Of a stretch of 64,000 nucleotides of DNA, positions 27,628 through 35,609 are shown piece by piece (within the stretch, counting starts at the first letter, position 1; each line of letters begins with the position of its first letter). The stretch covers positions 1,139 to 65,138 of the forward strand of contig CACYQU010000004.1 of NCBI GenBank assembly GCA_902776615.1, in the 5' to 3' direction. This stretch comes from an uncultured bacterium (lineage in GTDB: Bacteria; Verrucomicrobiota; Kiritimatiellia; RFP12; UBA1067). A program made the position numbers and the translations under genes. Below the pieces are notes generated by a model. It made no database searches and was not told where the DNA came from. It saw only the letters and a list, made by a program, of their open reading frames with translations.

Positions 27628-29024
27628 TATTTGTCCTCCACATATGCCGGCTCGATTCCCGTCAGCGCGAAAAGCGCAGCTTCGGCGATTTGCCCGCGGT
27701 AGAACGACCTCTCGGCGCTGGCGAGCGCCGAAACAAAGTCGGCGACAGCGTCGGTGTATTCGATCCTGGAGGCGTCGCCGACGGAAAGCTGTTCGACAAC
27801 CGTATCAAGATTCTCACGCGCGCTGCGCACGCTGGCCTTTGCAGACTCGAATGCTTCGCGGGCGTTGTCACGCTCTGCGACGGCCTGCTCGATCTCGAAC
27901 GAAAGATCCAGTTCCGCGGCATCCACCTCTGCTGCGGCGGACTTCAGCGCTACGGTTGCGCGATCGACGGCAGTGGTCTTGCGAAAGCCCGTGAAAAGCG
28001 ACTGCGCACTGCTCACGCCCCAGCGCCAGTACCACAAAGGATCCGTCCAGTTCAGCGAAAGCGACGCGCTGAGCGACGGGCCCAGATCGGCTATCGCCGC
28101 ATCCACTGCGGCAGAAGCCGCCCGAAGGCGCGCGCGGCTCACCTGCATTGACGGCGAGTTGGTTCTTGCAAACCCGAAAAGCTCCGCTGTCGTTGCGTAC
28201 GTAGGCGCGAAGGCGCGAGTGAACGAGCCGTGCGCAGAACCGCTCGGCAACGAGCCTCCGAAACATGACTCGAGTCCGATAGACGCCGCGAGATCGGCGC
28301 TCGCCGTGACAAATTGGTTGGACGCCGCGACAACGGCTTCGTGCGCTTCGGCCAGATCGAGCTGCGCACGCGTCACGTCAAGCTGCTGCGCCTCGCCTTC
28401 CTCAAGCCGCGCCCTCGCACGCTCGAGATGCTCGGCGCGCATCTGCTCGTTCGTGAACGCGACATTCAGAAGAGCCTCCGCCTGAAGCCGCTCGAAATAT
28501 GAAGTCGCAACCTGCTTGAAGACCGTGTAGCCCGAGTTCACAAGCGCCAGTTCTGCAGCCAGCACACGCTCCGACTGCGCACGCGCATTCGCCGAATGCC
28601 GCCCGAAGTCGTAGAGAAGTATGTCCAGCGAGAGCGCGCCGGACCAGCTGCCGTGCGTTTTGCCCTCAAGATCCCTCAAGTGCGTGGATGAGCTGGAAGC
28701 GGAATATCCACCGGACGCGGTCGCGGCGAACGCGTTCCATGGCGTCGCGCTGGCAAGCGGCGCGTTCGCGTCGATCTCCTTGAGAGCAAGGCGGGCGTCT
28801 TCGACGGCGAGCCTGGCCGACACCATTGCAGGACGGTTCGAAACGGCGTAGCGCACAAAATCCGCCAGCGTGTCGCCGAGCCGGGGATGCGCCTTTGCCT
28901 CCCGGACCGCACCGGCAGCGCGCTCCCGCACTTCGCCCTGCGCCTCGCGCGCGCGCCTCACAGCAGAACAACCCGCCAAAACGAGCATGGCGCTCGCTGC
29001 AATCGACAACGCTCGGAGTCTCAT
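27627..29024 (-). CDS. TolC-like outer membrane efflux protein (OMF family). The start is at MRLRALSIAAS...
   Basis: Signal peptide with lipobox MLVLAGCS, followed by the two-repeat OEP architecture of coiled-coil plus beta-strand segments. Confidence 0.8.
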   Translation of the reverse strand: MRLRALSIAASAMLVLAGCSAVRRAREAQGEVRERAAGAVREAKAHPRLGDTLADFVRYAVSNRPAMVSARLAVEDARLALKEIDANAPLASATPWNAFAATASGGYSASSSSTHLRDLEGKTHGSWSGALSLDILLYDFGRHSANARAQSERVLAAELALVNSGYTVFKQVATSYFERLQAEALLNVAFTNEQMRAEHLERARARLEEGEAQQLDVTRAQLDLAEAHEAVVAASNQFVTASADLAASIGLESCFGGSLPSGSAHGSFTRAFAPTYATTAELFGFARTNSPSMQVSRARLRAASAAVDAAIADLGPSLSASLSLNWTDPLWYWRWGVSSAQSLFTGFRKTTAVDRATVALKSAAAEVDAAELDLSFEIEQAVAERDNAREAFESAKASVRSARENLDTVVEQLSVGDASRIEYTDAVADFVSALASAERSFYRGQIAEAALFALTGIEPAYVEDK

Positions 29025-29032
29025 GGCCGCAA

Positions 29033-30040
29033 TCAAACCGACACGATTTCCCTGACCTTGCACACTCGCGCCATCGTTTTCGCGAACATCTCGGGCGTCT
29101 GGCTCTGCACGCCGTCGCACCGCGCGTGCGGCGGATCGTTGTGAACCTCTATTATGAGACCGTCCGCACCAATCGCAGTCGCGGCCACCGCCACAGGATC
29201 GACCATGTAGGCATACCCGGTCGCATGAGACGGATCGACCACCACCGGCAGGTGCGAAAGCCTGTGAAGAAGCGGCACTACGCCAAGATCAAGAGTGTTC
29301 CTGAGCGAAGTTTCGAAAGTTCTTATCCCTCGCTCGCAGAGGATCACATTGGGATTGCCGGACGCCATGATGTACTCCGCGCTCATGAGAAGCTCCTGGA
29401 TGGTCGCAGACATTCCGCGCTTCAGAAGAACAGGCTTTTTCGTGTAGGATCCGACCTCCTTCAGCAGATTGAAATTCTGCATGTTCCTCGCGCCGATCTG
29501 TATCACATCGACATCGTTGAAGAGCTCGATATCCTTGAAATCCATAAGCTCGGTCACGATCGGCAGACCCGTTTCGCGCTTTGCGACGGAAAGCATTCTC
29601 AGGCCTTCCGCGCCGAGGCCTTGGAACGCATAGGGCGATGTGCGCGGTTTGAACGCGCCTCCGCGCAGCATCGACGCGCCGGAAGCCTTGACGCTCTTGG
29701 CGATTCCCACAATCTGCTCTTCGCTCTCGACACTGCACGGACCGGCTATCACGCCGAAATGACCGGCGCCGATCTTCACGCCGCTGCAGTCTATGGCCGT
29801 GTCTTCAGGATGAAATTTGCGGTTTGCCGCCTTGTATGGTTCCTGTATCCGCTGCACCGACTCTACGACATCAAGAGCCTCGATCAGCGAGGGGTCCAGG
29901 TGCGCCACGTCACCGACGCATCCGATAAGCGTCTGCAGCGAGCCGTGCGACACGTGCGGTTCGATGTTGCGGGACCTTAGAAGCGCTTTCAGGTTTTCCA
30001 CCTGGGCTTCGTCAGCACCCTTTTTTATAAGGATAATCAT
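29033..30040 (-). CDS. 3-deoxy-7-phosphoheptulonate (DAHP) synthase, type I-beta, with an N-terminal ferredoxin-like regulatory domain.
   Basis: Catalytic-core motifs FGVIAGPCSVESEEQ, KPRTSPYAFQG and VVVDPSHATG. There are about 70 extra N-terminal residues. Confidence 0.9.
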   Translation of the reverse strand: MIILIKKGADEAQVENLKALLRSRNIEPHVSHGSLQTLIGCVGDVAHLDPSLIEALDVVESVQRIQEPYKAANRKFHPEDTAIDCSGVKIGAGHFGVIAGPCSVESEEQIVGIAKSVKASGASMLRGGAFKPRTSPYAFQGLGAEGLRMLSVAKRETGLPIVTELMDFKDIELFNDVDVIQIGARNMQNFNLLKEVGSYTKKPVLLKRGMSATIQELLMSAEYIMASGNPNVILCERGIRTFETSLRNTLDLGVVPLLHRLSHLPVVVDPSHATGYAYMVDPVAVAATAIGADGLIIEVHNDPPHARCDGVQSQTPEMFAKTMARVCKVREIVSV

Positions 30041-30170
30041 AGGTAAAGACCTTTCTCCGTAGCGAGAAATGTTATCAAAAATACGCCGCGCCTGTCAATG
30101 CGGACAAGTTCGCAGGCAAAAGTTCGCAGTTTCATTTCCTCCCGCGTACGCACACGCCGGCTCGCGCCAT

Positions 30171-31373
30171 TCACCCTTGGTCGCGGCGAACCGCACCAAG
30201 AGTGAGCACAAATCTGCAGCCAGACGGTTCGACGGGCCTAAGCGCAATGTCGCCACCGTGGACTTTCGCAATCTCCCGAACTATCGCAAGGCCAAGACCG
30301 GAACCGCCCGTCTCTTCGGAACGCGCCGCATCGACACGGTAGAACCGCTCGAAAACCCGCTCACGCTCGGTTGCAGGAATCCCTACGCCATCGTCTTCTA
30401 CGACGACTCGCACCTTTCCCTGCACACCGGAAACAGACACTCTTATCTCCTTGGCGCCCGAGTGTCGTATGGCATTCCCGACAAGATTCGACACCGCCTG
30501 CTGCACCAGTCGCGAATCGCAGTTTGCAACCGCTGGCTTGTCGGCGCCCGATACGACAAGCCTCATTCCGGAAGACTCCGCACTTGGCCTCAACGCATCA
30601 ACCGCTTCAATCGCAAGCTCGGCGACATCGACCGGCTCTTTGGCGACATACGCCGATGCATCCGCGCGTTCGAGCCGCGCGAGCGATAGAACGTCCTGCG
30701 CCAGGACATTAAGCCTCACAGACTCCTTCTTCACGAGAGAAAGCAGTTTCATTACGCTTTCTTTGGGCATTTCATCCGCTCCTCCGAGAAGATCCACCGC
30801 GCCGATTATGCCCGTAAGAGGAGTCTTTATCTCGTGCGAAACATCTGCAATGAAGTCACGGCGGAATCTTTCGAGCCGCTTGAGTTCGCGAATGCGCACG
30901 CGTTGCCGGTAGGTCGAGAAGAAAACCATCAGCACTCCCGCGCCGCCGAGAAGCGCGGCCAGCAGAAAGCCGAATCTTGCGCGGCGAAACGGAGCAAGCA
31001 CTCTGTATAGGGGCAGGCCAAGCCTAACCGTGTATTCGCCGCAAGGACGCGAGACGTATATCGATTCGGGAACTTCATCCCCCTTCCGCACAGAATCGAA
31101 GAACACGCCCCGTTCGCCGATTTGCACGGTAAGCCTCACTCCATCCGCCGCACATGTGTCGCCGAATGTATGGATGCGCCTGAAATCGCCTGTCGCAAGC
31201 GGCTCCTTCAGTGTTTCGGCGGCAAGTTCGGTACGCGTCGCGAGGTCTCGCTCGGCCCACGACACGACTGCTCTTTTGAACGACGCGGCCTCTGTCCAGA
31301 AAAGCGCCGCGAATGCGGCAAGCCCCACCGCCGAAAGCGCGGCGGGGGCAAAATCAAGCATGCGCAGCTTCAT
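30171..31373 (-). CDS. Sensor histidine kinase (transmembrane region, HAMP, HisKA and HATPase domains).
   Basis: The H-box is FIADVSHEIKTPLTGIIGAVDLL and the G2 box is GGSGLGLAIVREIAKVHGG. The start at MKLRML overlaps the regulator's stop as ATGA. Confidence 0.85.
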   Translation of the reverse strand: MKLRMLDFAPAALSAVGLAAFAALFWTEAASFKRAVVSWAERDLATRTELAAETLKEPLATGDFRRIHTFGDTCAADGVRLTVQIGERGVFFDSVRKGDEVPESIYVSRPCGEYTVRLGLPLYRVLAPFRRARFGFLLAALLGGAGVLMVFFSTYRQRVRIRELKRLERFRRDFIADVSHEIKTPLTGIIGAVDLLGGADEMPKESVMKLLSLVKKESVRLNVLAQDVLSLARLERADASAYVAKEPVDVAELAIEAVDALRPSAESSGMRLVVSGADKPAVANCDSRLVQQAVSNLVGNAIRHSGAKEIRVSVSGVQGKVRVVVEDDGVGIPATERERVFERFYRVDAARSEETGGSGLGLAIVREIAKVHGGDIALRPVEPSGCRFVLTLGAVRRDQG

Positions 31374-32077
31374 GCCTTTATCCTGTATCCCACGCCGCGA
31401 ATGGTTTCGACATGATCGGCCCAACGGCCCAGCTTGCGTCTGAGGTTCGCGATTTGCACATCCACCGTACGCTCCGTGACCGATTTCTCGTCATCCTTCA
31501 GAACGGCATCTAGAATGCGCTGGCGCGCCAGGACACGTCCCTTGTTCCGCGCAAGCGACACAAGTATCCGAAATTCGCCGGGTGCGAGCTTCAAAGCCTC
31601 GCCATCGAGTGTTGCCGTATGATTTTCCTCGTCGATGGATAGTCCATCGAAATCATGCTCCGCCGTCGCAACAGGTCCACGCCTCAAAACCGCTCTTACG
31701 CGGGCAAGAAGCACCTCCCTGTCGAAAGGTTTCGTCACGTAATCGTCGGCGCCGCAGTTCAGTCCGCGAACAATGTCTTCGCGCTGCGTGCGCGCTGTCA
31801 GCATTATCACGCGGGTTGCGGCCAGGGATGGCGCCTCGCGGATTCTCGAACAGACCGTGAATCCATCCAATCCTGGCAGCATTATGTCAAGCAGGACGAG
31901 ATCCGGACGGCTGCGCCTGGCCTCGGCAAGGCCTTCATCGCCGCGCGCGACCGAATTCACATGCCTGAAACCTGCGCCAAGCAACGCCATTTCGAGGATG
32001 GTGCGAATAGTGGCGTCGTCCTCGACTATTAGAATTCGTGCTATATCGTCCATGTTCTCAACCAACGCCAAAGGCAA
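31370..32077 (-). CDS. OmpR-family winged-helix response regulator.
   Basis: Receiver domain ILIVEDDATIRTIL...LVLLDIMLPGLDG...KPF, and C-terminal trans_reg_C ending ...VETIRGVGYRIKA. Confidence 0.95.
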   Translation of the reverse strand: MPLALVENMDDIARILIVEDDATIRTILEMALLGAGFRHVNSVARGDEGLAEARRSRPDLVLLDIMLPGLDGFTVCSRIREAPSLAATRVIMLTARTQREDIVRGLNCGADDYVTKPFDREVLLARVRAVLRRGPVATAEHDFDGLSIDEENHTATLDGEALKLAPGEFRILVSLARNKGRVLARQRILDAVLKDDEKSVTERTVDVQIANLRRKLGRWADHVETIRGVGYRIKA

Positions 32078-32131
32078 TCCGCAGAAGAGTCTTTTAGCGA
32101 AACGCGCCGGGGTTGTGCCCCGGCGCGCCCG

Positions 32132-33178
32132 TCAGTTCTTGTAGGTGACGACGCCTTTGCCCTTTCGGATGACGCCTATCACATTGTAGCGCTGGTGTTG
32201 CGCCTTGAGTATGTTCGTCGCCTTTTCAACCTGGTTCTTCGGAATGATTATCACAAACCCTATTCCCATGTTGAATACGCGGTACATCTCGTCGCGTTCC
32301 ACCTTGCCCTGGCGCTCGATGAACTTGAAAATCGTCGGAACCTCCCAGCTGGCACGGTCGATTTCGGCATTGACGGCCTTTGGCAGCACGCGCGGCAGAT
32401 TGTCGGGGAATCCTCCGCCTGTGATGTGGGCCATTCCGTTGATCTTCACCTTGCGCTCCATGAGCTTGGCTACCGGCTTGAGGAAGCTCTTGTGCACCGC
32501 GAGGAGAGCCTCGCCGAACGTCTGGTTCGTCCCGGGCAGCTTATCCTTCCACGAATAGCCGCAGAGATCGAATATGACCTTGCGCGCGAGCGAAAAGCCG
32601 TTCGTCTGAAGCCCGCCCGAAGGCAGCCCGATGATCACATCGCCCGCCCTGATGGACTTGCCGGTGATGAGATCCTTTTTCGCGACATGACCGACGATGG
32701 TTCCCACCAGATCATACTCGCCCATAGGGTAGAGCCCGGGCATTTCGGCGGTTTCGCCGCCGAGAAGCGCCATCTTGTTCTCTTTGCAGGCTTTGCAAAG
32801 GCCGCTCACCACGGCCTTGAACTGCTGGGCGTCAAACTTTGCCGCGCCAACATAGTCCATAAAGAACAACGGCTTCGCGCCCTGAACGAGAATGTCGTTC
32901 ACACAGTGGTTGACAATGTCCTGCCCGACGGTGTCGTGCTTGTTCATCATCGCCGCCACCTTGAGCTTTGTGCCAACCCCGTCGGTCGAGGCGACAAGTA
33001 TCTCGTTGCGCCCCGGCGGAACCTTGTGCAGCCCGCCGAAGGAGCCTATTCCGCCGAGCGTGAGCTGGGTTTTCGTACCCGCGACCATCGACTTGATGGC
33101 GGCAAGAGCCGCCATCTTGTTGTCGATGTTCACGCCCGCCTTGGCGTAGGCGGATTTAGCATTGTCTGACATTGGCAT
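32132..33178 (-). CDS. purM: Phosphoribosylformylglycinamidine cyclo-ligase (AIR synthetase).
   Basis: Motifs SYAKAGVNIDN, ASTDGVGTKLKVA and HCVNDILVQGAKPLFFMDY. At 348 aa. Confidence 0.95.
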   Translation of the reverse strand: MPMSDNAKSAYAKAGVNIDNKMAALAAIKSMVAGTKTQLTLGGIGSFGGLHKVPPGRNEILVASTDGVGTKLKVAAMMNKHDTVGQDIVNHCVNDILVQGAKPLFFMDYVGAAKFDAQQFKAVVSGLCKACKENKMALLGGETAEMPGLYPMGEYDLVGTIVGHVAKKDLITGKSIRAGDVIIGLPSGGLQTNGFSLARKVIFDLCGYSWKDKLPGTNQTFGEALLAVHKSFLKPVAKLMERKVKINGMAHITGGGFPDNLPRVLPKAVNAEIDRASWEVPTIFKFIERQGKVERDEMYRVFNMGIGFVIIIPKNQVEKATNILKAQHQRYNVIGVIRKGKGVVTYKN

Positions 33179-34188
33179 CAGAGCTTGTCGTTGGATCCCA
33201 AGACCTTCATGATCTTGTGGATGTACATTTTCTTCATGTTCTCGCGAGCTGGCGTCAGGTACTGGCGCGGATCGAAGTGGTCGGGGTGCTCGGCGAAGTG
33301 CTTGCGGACGGCGGCCGTCATCGCGAGACGCGAGTCGCTGTCGATGTTGATCTTGCAGACCGCGCTCTTAGCGGCCTTGCGGAGCTGCTCTTCGGGAATG
33401 CCGACGGCATCGGGAAGCTTGCCGCCGTACTTGTTGATCGTATCGACTTCCTCCTGCGGAACGCTGGAGGAGCCGTGAAGCACGATCGGAAAGCCCGGAA
33501 GCTTCTTCTCGATCGCCTTGAGCACGTCGAACGCGAGCGGCGGCGGAATCAGTTTGCCGGTCTTGGGGTCGCGTGTGCACTGCTCGGGCTTGAACTTGTA
33601 GGCGCCGTGCGAGGTGCCGATCGAAATTGCGAGAGAATCGCAGCCGGTCTTGGTCGCGAACTCGACAACCTCCTCGGGCTTGGTGTAGTGGCTCTCGGCC
33701 GCAGACACCTCGTCTTCAACACCGGCGAGAACGCCGAGCTCCGCCTCGACAGTCACATAGTCCTTCTGCTTGTGGGCGTAGTTGACGACCTTCTTGGTGA
33801 GCTTGATGTTCTCGGCGAACGGAAGCGAGCTGCCGTCGATCATCACGCTCGAGAAGCCGGAGTCGATGCAGCTCTTGCACGTCTCGAAGCTGTCGCCATG
33901 GTCGAGATGGAGAACGATCTGAGGCTTCTTGCAGCCGAGCTCCTTGGCGTATTCCACGGCGCCCTGCGCCATGTAACGGAGAATCGTAGGATTGGCGTAC
34001 TTGCGCGCACCCTTTGAGACCTGCATGATTACGGGCGACTTCGTCTCGACCGCAGCCTGAACGATGGCCTGCATCTGCTCCATCGTGTTGAAATTGAACG
34101 CGGGAATCGCATAGCCGCCCTTGATGGCCTTTGCGAACATCTGCTTGGTATTGACGAGCCCTAGCTCTTTGTAGCTGGTCTTTTTCAT
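33178..34188 (-). CDS. fba: Class II fructose-1,6-bisphosphate aldolase. The start is at MKKTSYK..., preceded by GAAGG; the alternative in-frame ATG is at 34215.
   Basis: Motifs GGYAIPAFNFNTMEQ, LHLDHGDSFE, SVMIDGS and IGTSHGAYKF are all class II FBA signatures. Confidence 0.93.
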   Translation of the reverse strand: MKKTSYKELGLVNTKQMFAKAIKGGYAIPAFNFNTMEQMQAIVQAAVETKSPVIMQVSKGARKYANPTILRYMAQGAVEYAKELGCKKPQIVLHLDHGDSFETCKSCIDSGFSSVMIDGSSLPFAENIKLTKKVVNYAHKQKDYVTVEAELGVLAGVEDEVSAAESHYTKPEEVVEFATKTGCDSLAISIGTSHGAYKFKPEQCTRDPKTGKLIPPPLAFDVLKAIEKKLPGFPIVLHGSSSVPQEEVDTINKYGGKLPDAVGIPEEQLRKAAKSAVCKINIDSDSRLAMTAAVRKHFAEHPDHFDPRQYLTPARENMKKMYIHKIMKVLGSNDKL

Positions 34189-34261
34189 TTTGCCTTCGCT
34201 TTTATCCTGCGCCATATACTGTTTGGCCAGGACCCGCCGAGGCGCAGCCGGAGGCGAAGAC

Positions 34262-34338
34262 TGGTGGGCTATAGTGGATTCGAACCACTGACCTCTTCCA
34301 TGTCAAGGAAGCGCTCTAACCAACTGAGCTAATAGCCC
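34262..34338 (-). tRNA. tRNA-Val (anticodon GAC), with an encoded CCA.
   Basis: The transcript strand reads GGGCTATTAGCTCAGTTGGTTAGAGCGCTTCCTTGACATGGAAGAGGTCAGTGGTTCGAATCCACTATAGCCCACCA. The cloverleaf is canonical, with anticodon loop TTGACAT. Confidence 0.9.
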
Positions 34339-34351
34339 GTAAAAGTGAATG

Positions 34352-34366
34352 ATAGTATATCACATT
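34352..34366 (-). promoter_or_regulatory. Extended -10 TGTGATATACT, about 17 nt upstream of the tRNA-Val 5' end.
   Basis: The minus strand reads AAATGTGATATACTATCATTCACTTTTAC-GGGCTATT. Confidence 0.45.
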
Positions 34367-34631
34367 TGCCGACGGCCCGTCAAGGGGGGTAGAGCATTTT
34401 TTTGCAACCCAACTGCATTTCCACAAGCAAACCCGTTTTTAGCGCCAGTTTATTCGACATAATGAGTGCCTTTGACCGATAGAAACCGGTCGCTTGACCG
34501 GGAGAGCGCACGTCTCCTGGTCTGGGACACTCCCCGGTAGTTTCCCGTGCCGCCGCATTTCTGCGCCACCGCATGCGATGGCGATTGCGCACTTATTGCA
34601 ATAATCGTTCCAGACTTTCGCGGATTTGCAT

Positions 34632-34752
34632 CCCCTTAAGGGTGGCTTTTGTTTACCCTAAGGGTGAGAGCACTTCCCCCTTAGGGTTTCTTTAACTCCC
34701 CCTTAGGGTGAGGTCGCCTCACCCTTAGGGGTTCCGACACTTACCCTTAGGG
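34632..34752. repeat. Array of six CCCTTAGGG-type 9-bp quasi-palindromic boxes (one is CCCTAAGGG, one is CCCTTAAGGG), spaced 22 bp centre to centre and separated by 13-bp unique spacers.
   Basis: Read directly from the sequence, with box centres at about 34637, 34660, 34682, 34704, 34726 and 34748. Confidence 0.7.
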
Positions 34753-34839
34753 GGAAATCACACATGCCGCCATACGAATCTGCCATGGGGTCCATGGCCG
34801 ACTCGCCAGTCGCAACCGCCCTACTGGGAGAGCGCATAA

Positions 34840-34865
34840 CTGGGAGAGCGCAACCGCTCTCCCAG
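34840..34865 (-). terminator. Perfect 11-bp-stem hairpin (CTGGGAGAGCG-caac-CGCTCTCCCAG) about 50 nt downstream of the activase stop, a possible terminator with no U-tract.
   Basis: Read directly from the sequence. A third copy of CTGGGAGAGCGC lies 16 nt before it (34824-34835), which allows an alternative pairing. Confidence 0.3.
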
Positions 34866-34916
34866 TTGGGGGCTCTCACGGGTGTGTGCTGCCGTTGGGG
34901 CTGAGTCCATAGATGA

Positions 34917-35609
34917 CTAAGGCAGGGGCGGGGCAGTGAGGCTGAATGTTCTGCCGAGCATTGAATATTTCGCAGGGGCGGCCGTGTTGTAGGGCAAAAA
35001 CTCTATCGGAGCGCCAGCGGCGAAGGCGTTGAATGCGGTGCGGTCTTGCGGAGAATCGTTCACGCCAGGTATGCACGGCACACGGAAGACGAAAGGCACG
35101 CCCGCGCCGCGGAGCCATGCGATATTCTCCATGACTTGCGCAAGGCTCCCGCCCGTCCAGCGAGAGAACGCCGCAGGATCGAGCAGCTTCAAATCCTGAT
35201 AGACGAAGTCCATGAGCGAGACGACGCGCCTGTAGTCGGCGGCGCTCGCCGCGCCGCTCGTTTCGAGCGCAACCGAAACGCCCTTCTCCTTGAGGCGCAC
35301 TGCAAGCGCAGAGACAAAATCGGCCTGCGCGAGCGGTTCGCCGCCGGAAAATGTCACGCCGCCGCCGGACTGCGCCATTATGTCGGCGTTGACGAGCAGC
35401 TCCTCGGCGAGCGCGTCCACGCTCCAGTCGCGTCCGCAGACGACCCTTTCGCCGCTCTGCAGGACCATCGTCTCGATCTCGTGCGACTGGCCTTCGGGGT
35501 TGTGGCACCATGCGCAACGCAGCGGACAGCCCTTGAAGAACACTGTAGTCCGCACGCCCGGTCCGTCGTGCAGGGTGAATTCCCGAACTTCGAACGTTCG
35601 GCCCGTCAA
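34917..35609 (-). CDS. Glycyl-radical-enzyme activating protein (PFL-AE-family radical SAM enzyme). A TTG start at 35609 is assumed, overlapping the GRE stop as TTGA; the longest ORF would run to 35888.
   Basis: Radical-SAM cluster motif GPGVRTTVFFKGCPLRCAWCHNPEG, followed by the PFL-AE-like core. Confidence 0.85.
   Translation of the reverse strand: MTGRTFEVREFTLHDGPGVRTTVFFKGCPLRCAWCHNPEGQSHEIETMVLQSGERVVCGRDWSVDALAEELLVNADIMAQSGGGVTFSGGEPLAQADFVSALAVRLKEKGVSVALETSGAASAADYRRVVSLMDFVYQDLKLLDPAAFSRWTGGSLAQVMENIAWLRGAGVPFVFRVPCIPGVNDSPQDRTAFNAFAAGAPIEFLPYNTAAPAKYSMLGRTFSLTAPPLP

Noticed and set aside
34632-34752. Possible CRISPR array.
   Set aside because: The repeat unit is only 9 bp and the spacers are 13 bp, well below CRISPR dimensions (repeats of 23 bp or more, spacers of 26 bp or more). 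There are no cas genes in the window.
34764-34913. A 49-aa plus-strand ORF (MPPYESAMGSMADSP...) downstream of the box array, and the 70-aa minus-strand ORF at 34380-34592.
   Set aside because: Both are short, show no coding signature, and overlap palindromes and hairpins. The region is more likely non-coding regulatory DNA.
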